A DNA stretch of 64,000 nucleotides from Nemertoderma westbladi (taxonomy: Eukaryota > Animalia > Xenacoelomorpha), in assembly GCA_032718475.1 (NCBI GenBank), contig JAUCBJ010007997.1:1-64000 (forward strand). The letters run 5' to 3'. This document shows positions 63,087 to 64,000 of this stretch, piece by piece. Position numbers and translations under genes: made by a program. Position 1 is the first letter of the stretch. The number at the start of each line of letters is the position of its first letter. A model generated the notes under the pieces. That model worked only from the letters and a program-made list of their open reading frames with translations, did not search any database and had not been told where the DNA came from.

Positions 63087-64000
63087 TCTATATATATAAA
63101 TATCCTCTGTCTGTCTGTGAGTCTGTGAGTCTATGAGTCTGTGAGTCTATGAGTCTGCGAGTCTGTCCAAGCTATACGCTCCGACACACTTGCACCAATC
63201 TGAGCAAATGATACATCGATCGAAAGCTCTCGTCCTGAGCACGTAAACTATCGCAATCTCGAGGCTAATTTTACGTGTTTGCTTGCGTGAATGCGTATTT
63301 TGTGTTCGTTCGGGCGAAATGTATCGAATTATTTCGGTTCTTCTATCGGTAATTAATTATTTAGAGGGGTAACATTTATCCCATCTGGTATAAAATTAAC
63401 ATGAGTAGATTCGCCGTGTCCCATTCTCACAAAGTATTTATTTTATTCGAGTGTTTAATATAAATATGTATGATTATTTATTGATTAAAAATCAAATAGT
63501 GTATAAATATGTCATATTCGCCAAGCACGATCGAATTGGCCTATTCTTAGTGCTGTAGTGAATAGGGACGGTTTTTTTTCTGTATCATAGCAACGTTAAG
63601 GTAATTATTGAAATCGCAGCTAGCTGGCTGTGCACAGATAAGGAGCAAGCAGGCTGGAGTGTTGATTGGGGTGGGTTTGGGTTGTCTGTTGCGAATTGCT
63701 CAAGAGTAATTCTGCTTTCTCAATCATTGGCTGCATGGAAGGAGAGGTTTATAACATTTTTGTTTTACTGTTATGAATATTAAAAGTAAAATAATTATTT
63801 CTGTAGGCCTATACTTACTGTATTATTATTTTATCTAATATTATACATCTAATCTCGATGAAATCTCGCTTACTATAGCTCGTTAGATAGGTCTCGCCCT
63901 AACTCGTTGCAACGTAATACTCAGAGCCGTCTGAAGTTCCCCCATCCGCCGCTAGAGGGCGAATTGTCCGATAGTGAAAACCTGATCTCATTGGGTTGTT
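63087..64000 (+). mobile_element. Non-autonomous Helitron, copy 2 (head-to-tail, runs off the window)
   Basis: Starts TCTATATATATAAA immediately after the CTAG of copy 1; near-identical to 61865..~62740. Confidence 0.8.

Overview
Eukaryotic (metazoan, probably invertebrate) genomic DNA dominated by tandem repeats and transposons; there is no CRISPR array or prokaryotic operon. It holds a complete three-exon MAEA/GID9 gene (CTLH E3 ligase subunit, 1362..14556, +). Intron 2 is mostly a minisatellite carrying a non-autonomous hAT element with a nested PIF/Harbinger MITE, and the 3' end runs into a minisatellite amplified from the gene's own last codons. A ~19 kb 50/55-bp satellite follows, split by a young 14.2-kb Bel/Pao LTR retrotransposon (18713..32924; 538-bp LTRs, ATTAG target-site duplication). 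This element is the most unusual object in the window. It has no tRNA-type primer-binding site; instead its leader can base-pair with its own R region right up to the LTR edge (a self-priming-like geometry). It carries an extra intact ORF in the env position encoding a DEDDy/WRN-EXD-like 3'-5' exonuclease plus three CCHC knuckles. Its Gag-Pol has a ~1,100-aa low-complexity N-terminal extension broken only at poly-G runs. The last 14 kb hold a tRNA-derived SINE, an isolated globin X-like exon (B12.2/E10.2 introns), four more minisatellites, decayed LINE fragments and head-to-tail non-autonomous Helitrons. All family calls come from motif recognition by eye; no database searches were run.
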